From assembly GCF_964204645.1 (NCBI RefSeq), contig NC_134025.1:6820001-6884000 (forward strand): DNA of 64,000 bases. The letters are read 5' to 3'. Source of the stretch: Tubulanus polymorphus (taxonomy: Eukaryota > Animalia > Nemertea). The notes under the pieces were generated by a model. The model did no database searches and was not told the origin of the DNA. It saw only the letters and a list, made by a program, of their open reading frames with translations. Positions 15,838-45,795 of this stretch are shown here, piece after piece (position 1 is the stretch's first letter; each line of letters begins with the position of its first letter). The translations under genes and the position numbers were made by a program.

Positions 15838-16802
15838 TTACAACCCAACAAGTTTTTCACTTGCTTCCCAAAGCTTTTTAGCGACCCCATCATCATAAAC
15901 CAACGACGAATGATATCTTTTCTGTTGACAGTTATGGTAATAATGTCCACTTTCATTTGCTAGTTCTTCGGCTACAGCGCAGTAGATAGTTGTTTGGGCT
16001 CCTTTAAACGGCGTTTCCATCACAAACGTTCCTAGAATATCGGTGATTTTTCGAAGGGTTGGTGGAATTTTCTCGCGGATATCTCGGCCAATTTCAGTTT
16101 GATGATTCCTGGATGGACACAATATGCTGTAACACCGGTTCCCTGCATTCGCCTGGCAAATTCCCGAGTAAAAAGAGCATTAGCCAGTTTACTGTTGGAA
16201 TAACTTTCCATCTGTTTTTGGTGAAAGTTATTGAGTTTATCAAATTCAATTTTCCCCCATTGATGACCTCTTGACCCCAGAACAACCAACCGACTGGGTG
16301 CGGACGCCTTTAACTTTTCTAGTAAAAGGTTCGTCAAGAGGAAATGGCCGAGATGGTTCACTCCAAATAAAATCTCAAACCCGTCTTGAGTGCGGTCTTT
16401 GCCAGAAGTAAAATAGACACCTGCGTTATTGATCAACACGTCAATATTTCTAACATTTTTGTTAATTCCATCACAGAATTCACGAATAGATGTAAAAGAT
16501 GCGAGATCAAGTTTTCTAACTTCTATGTCTCGATTGTCTGTTTCTATTTTCATTTCCACAGCCAGTTCTTCGGCTAACGGGACGTTGCGACATGCTAGAA
16601 TCAATCGGGCTCCTCTCCGAGCTAGATCGTACGCAGTTTCGCGTCCAATACCAGCTGTAGCTCCCGTAATGATAACGGTTTTGCCTTTCATCGATTCTTT
16701 TCCTTCGTATTGACGTAAACGTAAATACCATCTCATCCACACCAAGAATAGAGACAGGATAATGGTTATGACACCGATTATGCAAATTATGTTCAACAAC
16801 AT
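15838..16802 (-). pseudogene. RDH11-14-like SDR copy 2 with a single 1-nt frameshift (or assembly error)
   Basis: ORFs 16032-16802 and 15838-16122 join into a full SDR if one A is restored in the A run at about 16098-16100 (GIIK-TEIGRDI). TGATAGIG and YSNSK intact. Confidence 0.75.
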
Positions 16803-17531
16803 CTAAAAAGAAACAAATGCACTTCCAATAGGATTCGAGTCTAACGATCATAACACTTTAAAGAATATTCATCGTTGATGTTGTTTCCAATATATTTCAA
16901 AATTGGGAGCGGGAAAAATTGACGCTTTTATAACCGAAGCACTGTTAGGTTTTGTCTCTTACTCTGTACCATAGGGTAAGTCCAAAAACTATGAACATTT
17001 GACGTTTATTTAAGGATAGAATGTCTACAAATTACATATATAGTATCATACCTTAAAACCTTTGACACAAAGTGAACGAACATTCCACGACGAAATGACG
17101 CCTTTATGGAATTTCTGAACAACCCACAACAATATCGCGAAAACCGGTTCATAATTAATTAGTGTCATAGGTTATAACGATAGCGCAGTGATATGAACTT
17201 CAGGTCATAAACCCCAATTAGTATATCTTGATGAATCGGTGGTTAGGTTTCGACGTCAGTAGAAACTTTCCATTCTGTCGGCACATAGAGCATATGTATT
17301 GACAGTCTAGGTAGATCGACAAGACAGCTAATTCCAACACAAAAAAATTCATTGCTTTGCTTTTTACGGAATAATGATAACTAAGATACTCTTTAATTGA
17401 AAAAAAGTTTTATTCAAATAAAGTTGGATATCTTAGCTTTCAGAATAAATATTTACTCTCTAATTACGCTACGAGCATTACTCAACGAGATCACTTATAT
17501 TCGATAAAATCCGTTGCAGCCTTTATGTTTA

Positions 17532-18494
17532 TTACAAGCCAACAAGTTTCTCGCTGGCTTCCCACAGTTTTTTAGCGACTCCATCATCATAAACTATCGG
17601 CAGATATTCATCCTTTTGACAATTACAGTAATAATGTCCACTTTCGTTTGCCAAATCGTCAGCTACAGCACAGTATATAGTTGTTTGGGCTCCTTTAAAC
17701 GGAGTCTCCATCACAACCGTTCCAAAGTCAGTGAACATTCGCATCAATCGTGGGATCCTTTCGCGGATGTCTCGACCGAGCTCCGTTTTGATAACGCCTG
17801 GATGTACGCAATATGCAGTTACGCCGGTTCCCTGCATTCGCCTGGCAAATTCTCGAGTAAAAAGAGCATTAGCCAGTTTACTGTTTGCGTATCTTGTCAT
17901 TTGTTTTTGGTCATAGTTATTGAGTTTATCAAATTCAACTTCCCCCCACTTATGTGCTGAAGAACCCAGGACAACCAACCGACTGGGTGCGGATGCCTTC
18001 AATTTCTCTAGTAAAAGATTCGTCAAGAGGAAATGGCCGAGATGGTTCACTCCAAATATAATCTCAAACCCGTCTTGAGTGCAGTCACTGCCAGAAGTAA
18101 AGCAGACGCCTGCATTATTTATCAACACGTCAATAGTTTTAACATTTTCGTTAATTCCATCACAGAATTCACGAATAGAAGTTAAAGATGCGAGATCAAG
18201 TTTTCTAACTTCTATGTCTCGATTATTTGTTTCTATTTTCATTCCCACAGCCAGTTCTTCGGCTAACGCGACGTTGCGACATGCTAGAATCAATCGGGCC
18301 CCTCTCCGAGCTAGATCGTACGCGGTTTCACGTCCAATACCAGCTGTAGCTCCCGTAATGATAACTGTTTTGCCTTTCATCAATTCTTTTCCTTCGTATT
18401 GACGTAATCGTAAATACATTTTCATCCCCGCCAAAAATAGAAACAGGATAATACAGGTTGTTGCACCAATTAAGCTAAATGTATACAAAAACAT
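17532..18494 (-). CDS. Retinol dehydrogenase 11-14-like SDR (copy 3), intronless CDS
   Basis: 320 aa: N-terminal membrane anchor, ITGATAGIG, NNAG, GVNHLGHFLLT, YANSK, VHPGVIKTEL. Splice acceptor cttttcag directly before the ATG. Confidence 0.93.
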   Translation of the reverse strand: MFLYTFSLIGATTCIILFLFLAGMKMYLRLRQYEGKELMKGKTVIITGATAGIGRETAYDLARRGARLILACRNVALAEELAVGMKIETNNRDIEVRKLDLASLTSIREFCDGINENVKTIDVLINNAGVCFTSGSDCTQDGFEIIFGVNHLGHFLLTNLLLEKLKASAPSRLVVLGSSAHKWGEVEFDKLNNYDQKQMTRYANSKLANALFTREFARRMQGTGVTAYCVHPGVIKTELGRDIRERIPRLMRMFTDFGTVVMETPFKGAQTTIYCAVADDLANESGHYYCNCQKDEYLPIVYDDGVAKKLWEASEKLVGL

Positions 18495-18599
18495 CTGAAA
18501 AGAATACGTATTTGATAGATTTCATTTGAATGGATTTCGAGACTAATTTAACAGATATAAGGGGCACGACGTATCCATTCATATGTTGGGTGAATCCGA

Positions 18600-18712
18600 C
18601 CTTCGAGCAATTATCTAATTAGGCCTGCGCCAACAGTTTGATTGACAGCGTTACTGATCTTGTGTACAGAGATATAGGGCGAGCTTCCTCCTGTTAGATA
18701 AATTGCTCGTAG
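18600..18712. repeat. Short inverted repeat (MITE remnant)
   Basis: cgagcaattatctaa near 18604 and ttagataaattgctcg near 18694. Confidence 0.4.
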
Positions 18713-19019
18713 ATGCGACCAAATGCTAGTTTATTCATGATTTGTATTTTGCATTGGACATAAGTAATTGTGTACAATGCAAATTTTCGTTTATCGGGTC
18801 GTAAATTGTACGCCTGTCATTGTATATACGCGGCATTATGTATTTGCCAATTTCCAATGGTTTGAGCTCATGAATAATATCACTTTTTTCTCGGCCCAAT
18901 GAGTTTTAATATAAATTTAATTTAACTTCAACTCGGGGTAAACTAGCCAGTCTATGAATTGAGTTAAACCCCAAATTAAGAATAAAACCGACCTAGAAAA
19001 ATTGCCCTTTTGGTATTTG

Positions 19020-19075
19020 CATATCTCATAGCGTAACGACGTAAAAGCTTTTACTTCGTTACGCTATGAGATATG
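19020..19075. repeat. 56-bp near-perfect palindrome
   Basis: catatctcatagcgtaacgacgtaaaagcttttacttcgttacgctatgagatatg is self-complementary apart from one mismatch. Confidence 0.9.
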
Positions 19076-20127
19076 TATACGCATCTATAATAACGGCTTA
19101 CTTAAATTTTTGAAAAATCAATTATGCAGGGAAGTTACAAACCTCTAGACAATCTGTTGTATAACGCAAGAAGTCCAAGTACGAAGTGACGACAATTTTC
19201 CTTTTATCCAAATGCACTTTATACGACAAATCATAAAGGGCGATCGAAGACGGGTTAATCAGAATTTCTTCACATATGCAAATGTTTATCTATGAGAACG
19301 ATAATGATGCGATATGGAACTTTCTGACGTGGCGAGCGTTATTGAAATTGTCTCAGAATATTTTTCTCCAATCTCACGAAAATGCAAGACATTTGCAGAC
19401 TACTGTACTGTGCCATAGACAGTTAGGATTCAATAGACAAGTCTTGTCTATTTGAAACCAATATTGATAGTTATGAATTTAAGTACACATAGTAGCTTTT
19501 GGTTAATTACTTATTTATTACATTATGGATTGTAAAACGAATTTAGAGTCCATGGTTAATTCGTCTAAGAGCATACATTGTTTGGAGTACAAAAACGTTA
19601 CATAATCATTGTGAATGATGTATATATGTATATGGTACAAAGGATTTATATGTTTATATCATTCATTAAGGAAATAACCTTTTTCCAGCACACAAAACAG
19701 TTTAGATAAAATGAACTGTGAAATGTATTTCATTGAACGTGTACCGTGTTGTCACACAACGATTAAGGTTTATACGCATACACGGTAGGGAAATGTGGCA
19801 AAATCCTTCAAACAATAAAATCAAAGATAAAACGACATCATAGCCAATTGATCATATCTTTTTTCATTGACGAGATCGTTTGTGAAAGCAGGCGAGGGAG
19901 TAAAGAAAGCGTTAAAGGGTCTTGTTAAATTGAAGCGATTGATGATTAGGAGATACAGAATTTGGGCAGCGGTGTACTCTACCGAAGAAAAACTTGAACT
20001 CGGGTCAAATGGCAAATGATTGAGTATCACCGTGTTTTTCTCATATAAACTAAATAGATAAACAAATCAGATCTATCAACTAATTTATACAAAATAATGT
20101 GAAGTGAATTTTACATGATAACATGTA

Positions 20128-21069
20128 TTACAAGCCGAGAAGTTTCTCACTGGCTTCCCACAGTTTTCTAGCGACTCCATCATCATAAACTATCGGCAGA
20201 TATTCATCTTTTTGACAGTCACAGTAATAATGTCCACTTTCATTCGCCAAATCATCAGCTACAGCGCAATAGATAGTTGTTTGGGCTCCTTTAAACGGGG
20301 TCTCCATCACAACCGTTTCAAAAATATCGGAAAACATTCGCATGAATCGTGGGACTGGTAAACTTCGACCAATTTCTGTTCTGATAACACCTGGATGTAC
20401 GCAATACGCAGTGACACCGGTTCCCTGCATTCGTTTGGCAAATTCTCGAGTAAAAAGAGCATTAGCGAGTTTACTGTTGGCGTATCTTTTCACCTGCATT
20501 TTGTTAAAATTATTGAGTTTATTTAAGTCAATTTTCCCCCATTTGTGTGCTGTCGAACTCACGACAACCAAGCGACTGGGTGCGGACGCCTTCAACTTTT
20601 CTAATAGCAAATTAGTTAAAAGAAAATGACCAAGATGGTTCACCCCAAATATAATATCAAACCCATCCTCTGTTCGATCGTTACCTGAACTGTAAAGCAT
20701 TCCAGCGTTATTGATTAACACGTCAATGTTTCTCACATTTTTGTTTACGTAGTCACAGAATTCACGAATAGAAGTCAAAGATGCGAGATCAAGTTTTCTA
20801 ACTTCTATGTCTCGATTATTTGTTTCTATTTTAATTTCCTCAGCCAGTTCTTCGGCTAACGGGACGTTGCGACATGCTAGAATCAATCGGGCTCCTCTGC
20901 GAGCTAGATCGTACGCAGTTTCGCGTCCAATACCAGCTGTAGCTCCCGTTATAATAACTGTTTTGCCTTCCATCGATTCCTTTCCTTCATATTGACGTAA
21001 ACGAAAATACAGTTTCATTGCCATCATGAATACAGATACGATGAGGGTTGTGACGCAAATTATAGACAT
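20128..21069 (-). CDS. Retinol dehydrogenase 11-14-like SDR (copy 4), intronless CDS
   Basis: Intact ORF 20128-21081; likely start at 21069 after acceptor tttttccag (MSIICV...). TGATAGIG, NNAG, VSS, YANSK. Confidence 0.93.
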   Translation of the reverse strand: MSIICVTTLIVSVFMMAMKLYFRLRQYEGKESMEGKTVIITGATAGIGRETAYDLARRGARLILACRNVPLAEELAEEIKIETNNRDIEVRKLDLASLTSIREFCDYVNKNVRNIDVLINNAGMLYSSGNDRTEDGFDIIFGVNHLGHFLLTNLLLEKLKASAPSRLVVVSSTAHKWGKIDLNKLNNFNKMQVKRYANSKLANALFTREFAKRMQGTGVTAYCVHPGVIRTEIGRSLPVPRFMRMFSDIFETVVMETPFKGAQTTIYCAVADDLANESGHYYCDCQKDEYLPIVYDDGVARKLWEASEKLLGL

Positions 21070-21092
21070 CTGGAAAAACATATGTAGATGTG

Positions 21093-21323
21093 TTTAGTTT
21101 AGATATGTTTAGTTTTGACACACTGCTTCTATTTTAGATCCTGTGAGTTTATATGCTTTGTTACTTGTTTTTCTGGTCATTTCACCTGATGATGGCTCTT
21201 AGTCAACAGCCGAAACGTTGTGGTTTCGTATAATAAGTTTGATCGTATAATTTCAAATTCGAAGTGTGGGATTTCTTCATTTATCTACAGTTTACACGGA
21301 TTATAGTGTTTATTCGACAACTA
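21093..21323 (+). mobile_element. Penelope-like retroelement fragment with a hammerhead ribozyme
   Basis: 13-bp direct repeat atatgtagatgtg at 21080-21092 and 21324-21336 flanks an insert containing a minimal hammerhead core. Confidence 0.65.
21183..21222 (+). ncRNA. Minimal type I hammerhead ribozyme
   Basis: cac-CTGATGA-t-GGCT[cttagtcaac]AGCC-GAAAC-GTT-gtg: conserved core, stem II, palindromic ACGT stem III, stem I cac/gtg. Confidence 0.7.
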
Positions 21324-21501
21324 ATATGTAGATGTGGTTTGATTGTAGAGTAGTTCGAAATCATTTCCAAAAGATCCATAGAATGAATCTATTGAACATT
21401 TAGCAGAGGTTTATTAGTCATGTACAGTATAAGCCTTCATACTTTTTACACACTTTTGGACGACAGTGACCGCGACAATCCATAATACTGCCTCACTTTT
21501 T

Positions 21502-21703
<202 letters not shown>

Positions 21704-22348
21704 TTCAGCAAAATAGGGACAACGATGTTTTTTCGATTGTTTTCTTGTGAAACATTATTCGCAACTATCTTACGATGCGTTCAGAGGGGTAGTTCCTATA
21801 CCGTAAAAATGATTTGCGAGGGAACACAAAAGATTGTGTAAATTAATCAAAATGTATTAATCCTTAGAGAAGAAATAAAAGGTTACAAACCTCCATGACA
21901 AACGAAAAAAATTGACGCCACAGAAAAACACTTGTACACTCGGGATCCTAGTTGACAAAGTGGATATTCACAGATCGAGCAAGGCTCCTGACTGATCAGA
22001 ACCCAAGCTATTCCAATGCAGTGTATTTTTTTTAGGGCACGACCTAGTTAAACCGTGTTTCATAATTTGTCACAATATGTTCAATATGGACCATCCGCTC
22101 CCTGGCTTGTTTTGCGAGTTTTCACTGCAAGTGATACAATAGCAGCGAGGGGTCTGAAACAGTTATTTCAGTTATTTCTTATGGGTAGGCCAGTGCTTTG
22201 GTACTTTTACAATAGAATTTTTAGCAATGTAGCAAATGGTCCCGAAAATAATCATACTTACTGGAATCAAATCCCCATTATTTCGAATAATAATGAAATT
22301 TGCCGTACCAAATTTGGAAAAATAGAAGTGGATATCTGAAAATAGAAT

Positions 22349-22787
22349 ACAGGTAAAATTCCCACACGGTAAAAACCCTCCAGGTAAAAATTTTCTATCA
22401 AATTCAGGTAAAAATCCTAAATGAAAACAGTAACACTTTAAAATAATACTTAGTACATAGAGGTATACCCGGTACACAGATGTTTTTTGTAAATTAGATT
22501 TCTTCATAGAAATTTTCAGAAATACGATAATATCATTTTTATGCATGTTACTTGAAAGTCACAGAATAATGTCATTTTTATGCACGTAGCTTGGTCAAAG
22601 TCATTGATTATCCAAGGTGAATTGTAAGAAAACACACGGAGAATCTGAAATTTTACAAAACTACTATAAGTTTTTCAACATAAGAATATTGAAGTATTTT
22701 GTTGAATATTGCTGTGAAATCAAATTTGGGGGGATTTATACCAGGGGGATATTTACCGGGGGATGTACTGTGGGGGTTTTACCTGTT
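22349..22787. mobile_element. Foldback/MITE-like element with iterated subterminal GGTAAAA motifs
   Basis: Left end acaggtaaaattcccaca plus repeated (c)aggtaaaaa; right end tgtgggggttttacctgt plus repeated tttacc motifs. Confidence 0.55.
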
Positions 22788-23783
22788 ACCCTAGTGAAAA
22801 TATACTGATTTTCCATAAACGAGATTGGCTTAGGTGATTAGGTATACTTATTCCGATAAATCTATAGGCCTATGTCCCAACTATAATAAGGTAAACTTTT
22901 TAACTACTAACTGTGTTTGGAAAGAACATGGAATTAGGTGAGCCCATCGCGTGCGCCTGCGCCCGTGTGGTACATTTAGATTCAGTGTCGGAATTATGAT
23001 ATGACCATGTATCTCGCGGGACTGGTCAGTAACGCACAACAGTTATATTAAAAGTGACAAAAATTTCAAATTCTTCTGTAATAAATCGTCAACATTGTGG
23101 ATTTACGTAACAAATATGTAGTCGCATGTACAGCTGGACCCTTACGTGCTGCCCCTTTACACAACATTGACGGTAAATATGTGAACTAATTCAATTGGAG
23201 ATAATGCAAACGGCGGTAAGCGAGTAATAAGTTAGTTCAAGTTCACTACCGTTTCTGTTATAGTGGCACCACTTGACGGTCAACTGGCAGTTACTATTGT
23301 CCAGACTCCACCGATCGAGGACAATTTGCATTGCAAATGTGCTTTTTTGGGGTTTTTGCTAACTAAGAAGATTAAATAGACAATTAAAATTAGACAATGC
23401 ATGGGACATTTACACGTATTCCTTATAAAGGAGTTTTTTTAACAATAAATCTTTATTGAATTTTTGTATAAACCTCACTCGCCAGTGTCAATAAGAGGCT
23501 TTGTAATCCATAAATTTGCAGTGCAAAAAATACAATTGTCTTCTCTTTCTTTGGTAATTTAACGTCTCAGTTACTTCTTAAGTGTCCATACATGTAAAAG
23601 GTATATCCAGGCATTTGAAATTGTTGTTTTAAATCTAATTTGAACAGAATAGAGGTTAAAAAAAGCGAGAAGGATTTTCAATTCAATACAAATGCTATAT
23701 TTTGTCGAACACTCTTGCATGTCCCGTTGCATATATACGAAAATATTTCTTTTGTTCCTTTCCAGTTGAAAGTAGCAATTAAA

Positions 23784-25668
23784 ATGCTACTCTTGGATGG
23801 ATTACTAGAAATCAATGTTCATTCAGAAGCCTTGAAAGTTTGTCTGAAGAATAATATAGACTGGTTGGACGATATTATTGTTGATGCTGATGATACAACC
23901 TGGCTGAGATGGGCTTCACGGCGCACACTAAAAATGAAAAAAGGTTATTATTTGAAATAAAACTTTCCTACTGAAATATACTGATTAATAATGTGTGATG
24001 AGAACTTTTTTTTGGATTATTATAGGACATTGTCAACCGATGTCGACTGATGTTGTTCCAGAGTTTCGGGTATCTGTTCCCAGTAAGAGCAAACGTAATG
24101 TTAAAAAACGTGCACCTGCAGTGAAACATTCCCAGAAAAAATTCATGATTGAACATCGTGAACGGCCTGCAATTCCAGCTGGAAATTTCACCAACAGTCA
24201 TGAGTACCCACTGATTGCCAGAAATAATTCTTTAATGTTTACAAACAGTCAGAAAAATGAAATTATAACTTCACCTCTGTGCGACTCTTCCGATCAGAAT
24301 ATGTCTTTAAATGTGGATCCGAACCCTATGTCTGAACAAGATGCTCATAATGAGGACGACAATAAATTTTCATCAGAATTATCGCAGGATCTTTTAGAAA
24401 ACGCAGATTCACAACGAATGTCTCCACTACCTGTGACATTTTCAGATACTGAAAACAATTCCAATGCAGAAATTTTCAGGAACAATAGTTTTCGTAATCA
24501 GATGGACTCTAGTGGGATATCACATCCACCTCGCTCTCCGGACTTATCTAAAGTATCCAGTTCCGAACATAATGCCTTGTTGGATATTCGAATAAAATCG
24601 GAGCCTCCTCAGTATGAGACTGATGAATATGACAATTGTAACGAATATGACGGCTTTTATCAAGAATCAGTTCCAGAAACTAATGGACAAATTGCAGGTA
24701 AGAATCCAATTGATACATCTCTTCAGGGGTGGATTTATTTAGAAAAATCTGAAGGACGGGGCCCAGAATAAAAGAAAAGGCAATTCTCAGATATAGCAGT
24801 AATGTCAAAATACACTAGTGTAGGGTCTCTCCATCTAGGTTAGATATTTTATGATAATAATAATATTAAAATATGCTTTTATATAGTGCTAAATTAAAAA
24901 AAAAAGAATCATTGCGCTTAACATAAAACACTAATTCTTACCCCAACCTAAAACACTGTTCTAAGAATTCTAAGAATTAAAAGCATTAGGAAACATGAAA
25001 TTTTTAACTAGGACTATCCCTGACATGTCTTGGTAAAAGATTCCATAAAAAGCTGCCCTGAAACTTAATGATTGTTCACCAATTTTCTTTTTCGAAAATT
25101 GTCTTTTGAAAAAGAAACCATTGTTTGTGGAGCAGAGTTGACGAGCAGGCATATACTCTACTAAGAGCTCATTGAGATAAAATGGTCCTTGACCAATGGC
25201 ATTTAAAAGTAATGAGTAACAGCCTGAAGAAAATTATCCTAAGAGACCACCCAATGCTCTTAGTTAAGTAATTTAATTACATTAGTTTTGCATATACCTA
25301 TTTCAGATATGGGAGCATTTATGAATACAATGGTTACTGATCACTTGAATTCTCATCATGTCAACCGAAATGACACGCACTTTACTGATGTTGAAAGAAA
25401 CTACAGGAAAAAATCGAAATCGACTAGAACAACCACGAATAGAATAACGATACCACGCGATGGAAAGGAATTTCCGAAAGCACAAGTTTGTTTGAAATGT
25501 CAATATTGCAATAAGATTTATTCTTCGAAGTCGACGTATTTGCGGCATCAAATCATTCACACAGGAGAAAAACCGTTCAGTTGTCCCCACTGTAATTACA
25601 GGTGCAATCGACAAGATAATATCCGCAAACACATTCAGGCAGTTCATAATAAATATAACATTACATAA
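23784..25668 (+). CDS. C2H2 zinc-finger protein with two C-terminal fingers
   Basis: Exons 23784-23943, 24026-24697, 25307-25668 join in phase 1. CQYCNKIYSSKSTYLRHQIIH-TGEKPF-SCPHCNYRCNRQDNIRKHIQAVH; IKSE SUMO-type site in a disordered linker. Confidence 0.8.
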
Positions 25669-27342
25669 CCGGTTGAATGTTGCACCACTATTTGGCTATG
25701 TTTTATAGAGAAATCAGCATTTACAAACAATACATTCAATTTTTGATAATCATTATCAATTCAATAAAACATTCAATTAGGCTAAAAACAATGATACCTT
25801 GTTTCGCCTAATCTGTCGGGTAATTTATTATGTGGCTGGCTTGGTTAACTATTAAGCTCAGCAGAAAGAAGAAACATGGTATTAATTTTTGAACCATAAA
25901 ATCATGATTTCAAAGTCAGATGTGCTTATAAGTAATTCTTTTTGATATGCGTCTATCAAATTGACTATACCTTTGAGAGATTATATGTATACGTACATTA
26001 AATGTTTGATACATCTATGTTTTTATTTGGGAATATCGTGTAATATTTTTATCATATTGTTTGTATTTTTTTCATTTGTTACGCAATCACATAATTATTC
26101 ATGTTGTACTGTGTTCATATGTTATAGAGCTCTAGACGAGAAATAAACTCGTAATCTTAATATGTCAGAACTTTGTTGTAAAAATTTGTACTTAGTGAAA
26201 TATCTGGCGCCAAACTGATTTTGATCAGAGAGTAGTAATAAGGAATTTCTGATATCCCAAGCAGAATGCCTCAACCGGATGGATCATACAATGCAAATGA
26301 TTCCCTTCCAGTCTTGTTCGATTTAGCACCATATAGAAATCTACAGTGCTTAAGAACGACTGGAATATTATTGTTCACTACGCTGAATATTGTTATAATA
26401 AACGACTGTAAGACTGGAACCATACTGTGAGGATTCCCATCGACAGGTGCGCGTACGTAAGCAGGTTGGGAAATCCGGAAGTTTGATGTGCGGGAAGCGA
26501 TTTTTAGATCAATGCATTTTTAACCTATCAAAGTTGCTGTCCTTCGGATGAATGTACTTTACGAGGTAATATATCCAGTTATGTGACGTATATAAACAAG
26601 ATATACCAATTTATTTACTGATAATAATCATTAATCTAATCTTTGTTGTCACTTCGCACCAATTTACAACTGCCTATCAATCAGTAGTAACCACGGCACA
26701 AGTAACCTTCCCATGTGGCCCTGACCGTAGTTGTTGGTTGCTATGATATTGGTTAATTTGTTGGGGTTGCGTGGAAAATTGATCATACAAATCATTTTCA
26801 ATAAGCCATTATCTAAATTGAATTGGTACTATTTAAAATCCTGTAATTGTATAGTCTTAATGTCAAATTTAACATGCTCAGGACAGTAGCCTAGGCCTAA
26901 ACCTGTTTGATTAATTATGTTTAGTAGGATTTAAAAGCTTTTCAATACTAGGAGGGCTGGCATAATGTAGCATAGATGAGTTGTCTTGAGGCCTCAGTTT
27001 TTCATATCTATGCACGCAGGCTTCAGGTTGATGCCTATCGAATACCATATGTCATTTTCAATATCGCCATCACGTTATTGTCTGTATGGCCATGCTCAGG
27101 GGAGGTGTGGTAGTTATTGGGAGAAATTTTTTTAGCCCCTCGATTGCTCTGTCCTCGATCTAATATTATTTATGTTTTTCAGGTGACACGGATAGGCATC
27201 CTATAGGCCTACTACAAATAAATGAGTGCGTGTGTGTTATGTGTGAGTGTACCAGCGTAAGGTGTTGTGTGGCTGTTCTCTGATATGCATACTGAATGAG
27301 ACTCTTCGACATTACTGAAGCATTCAACTGAATTGAATTAAT

Positions 27343-45795
<18,453 letters not shown>

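Noticed and set aside
15346-20995. Recurrent + strand ORFs (e.g. 15346-15963, 16429-16713, 18079-18402) similar to each other
   Set aside because: Antisense shadows of the duplicated RDH coding sequences.
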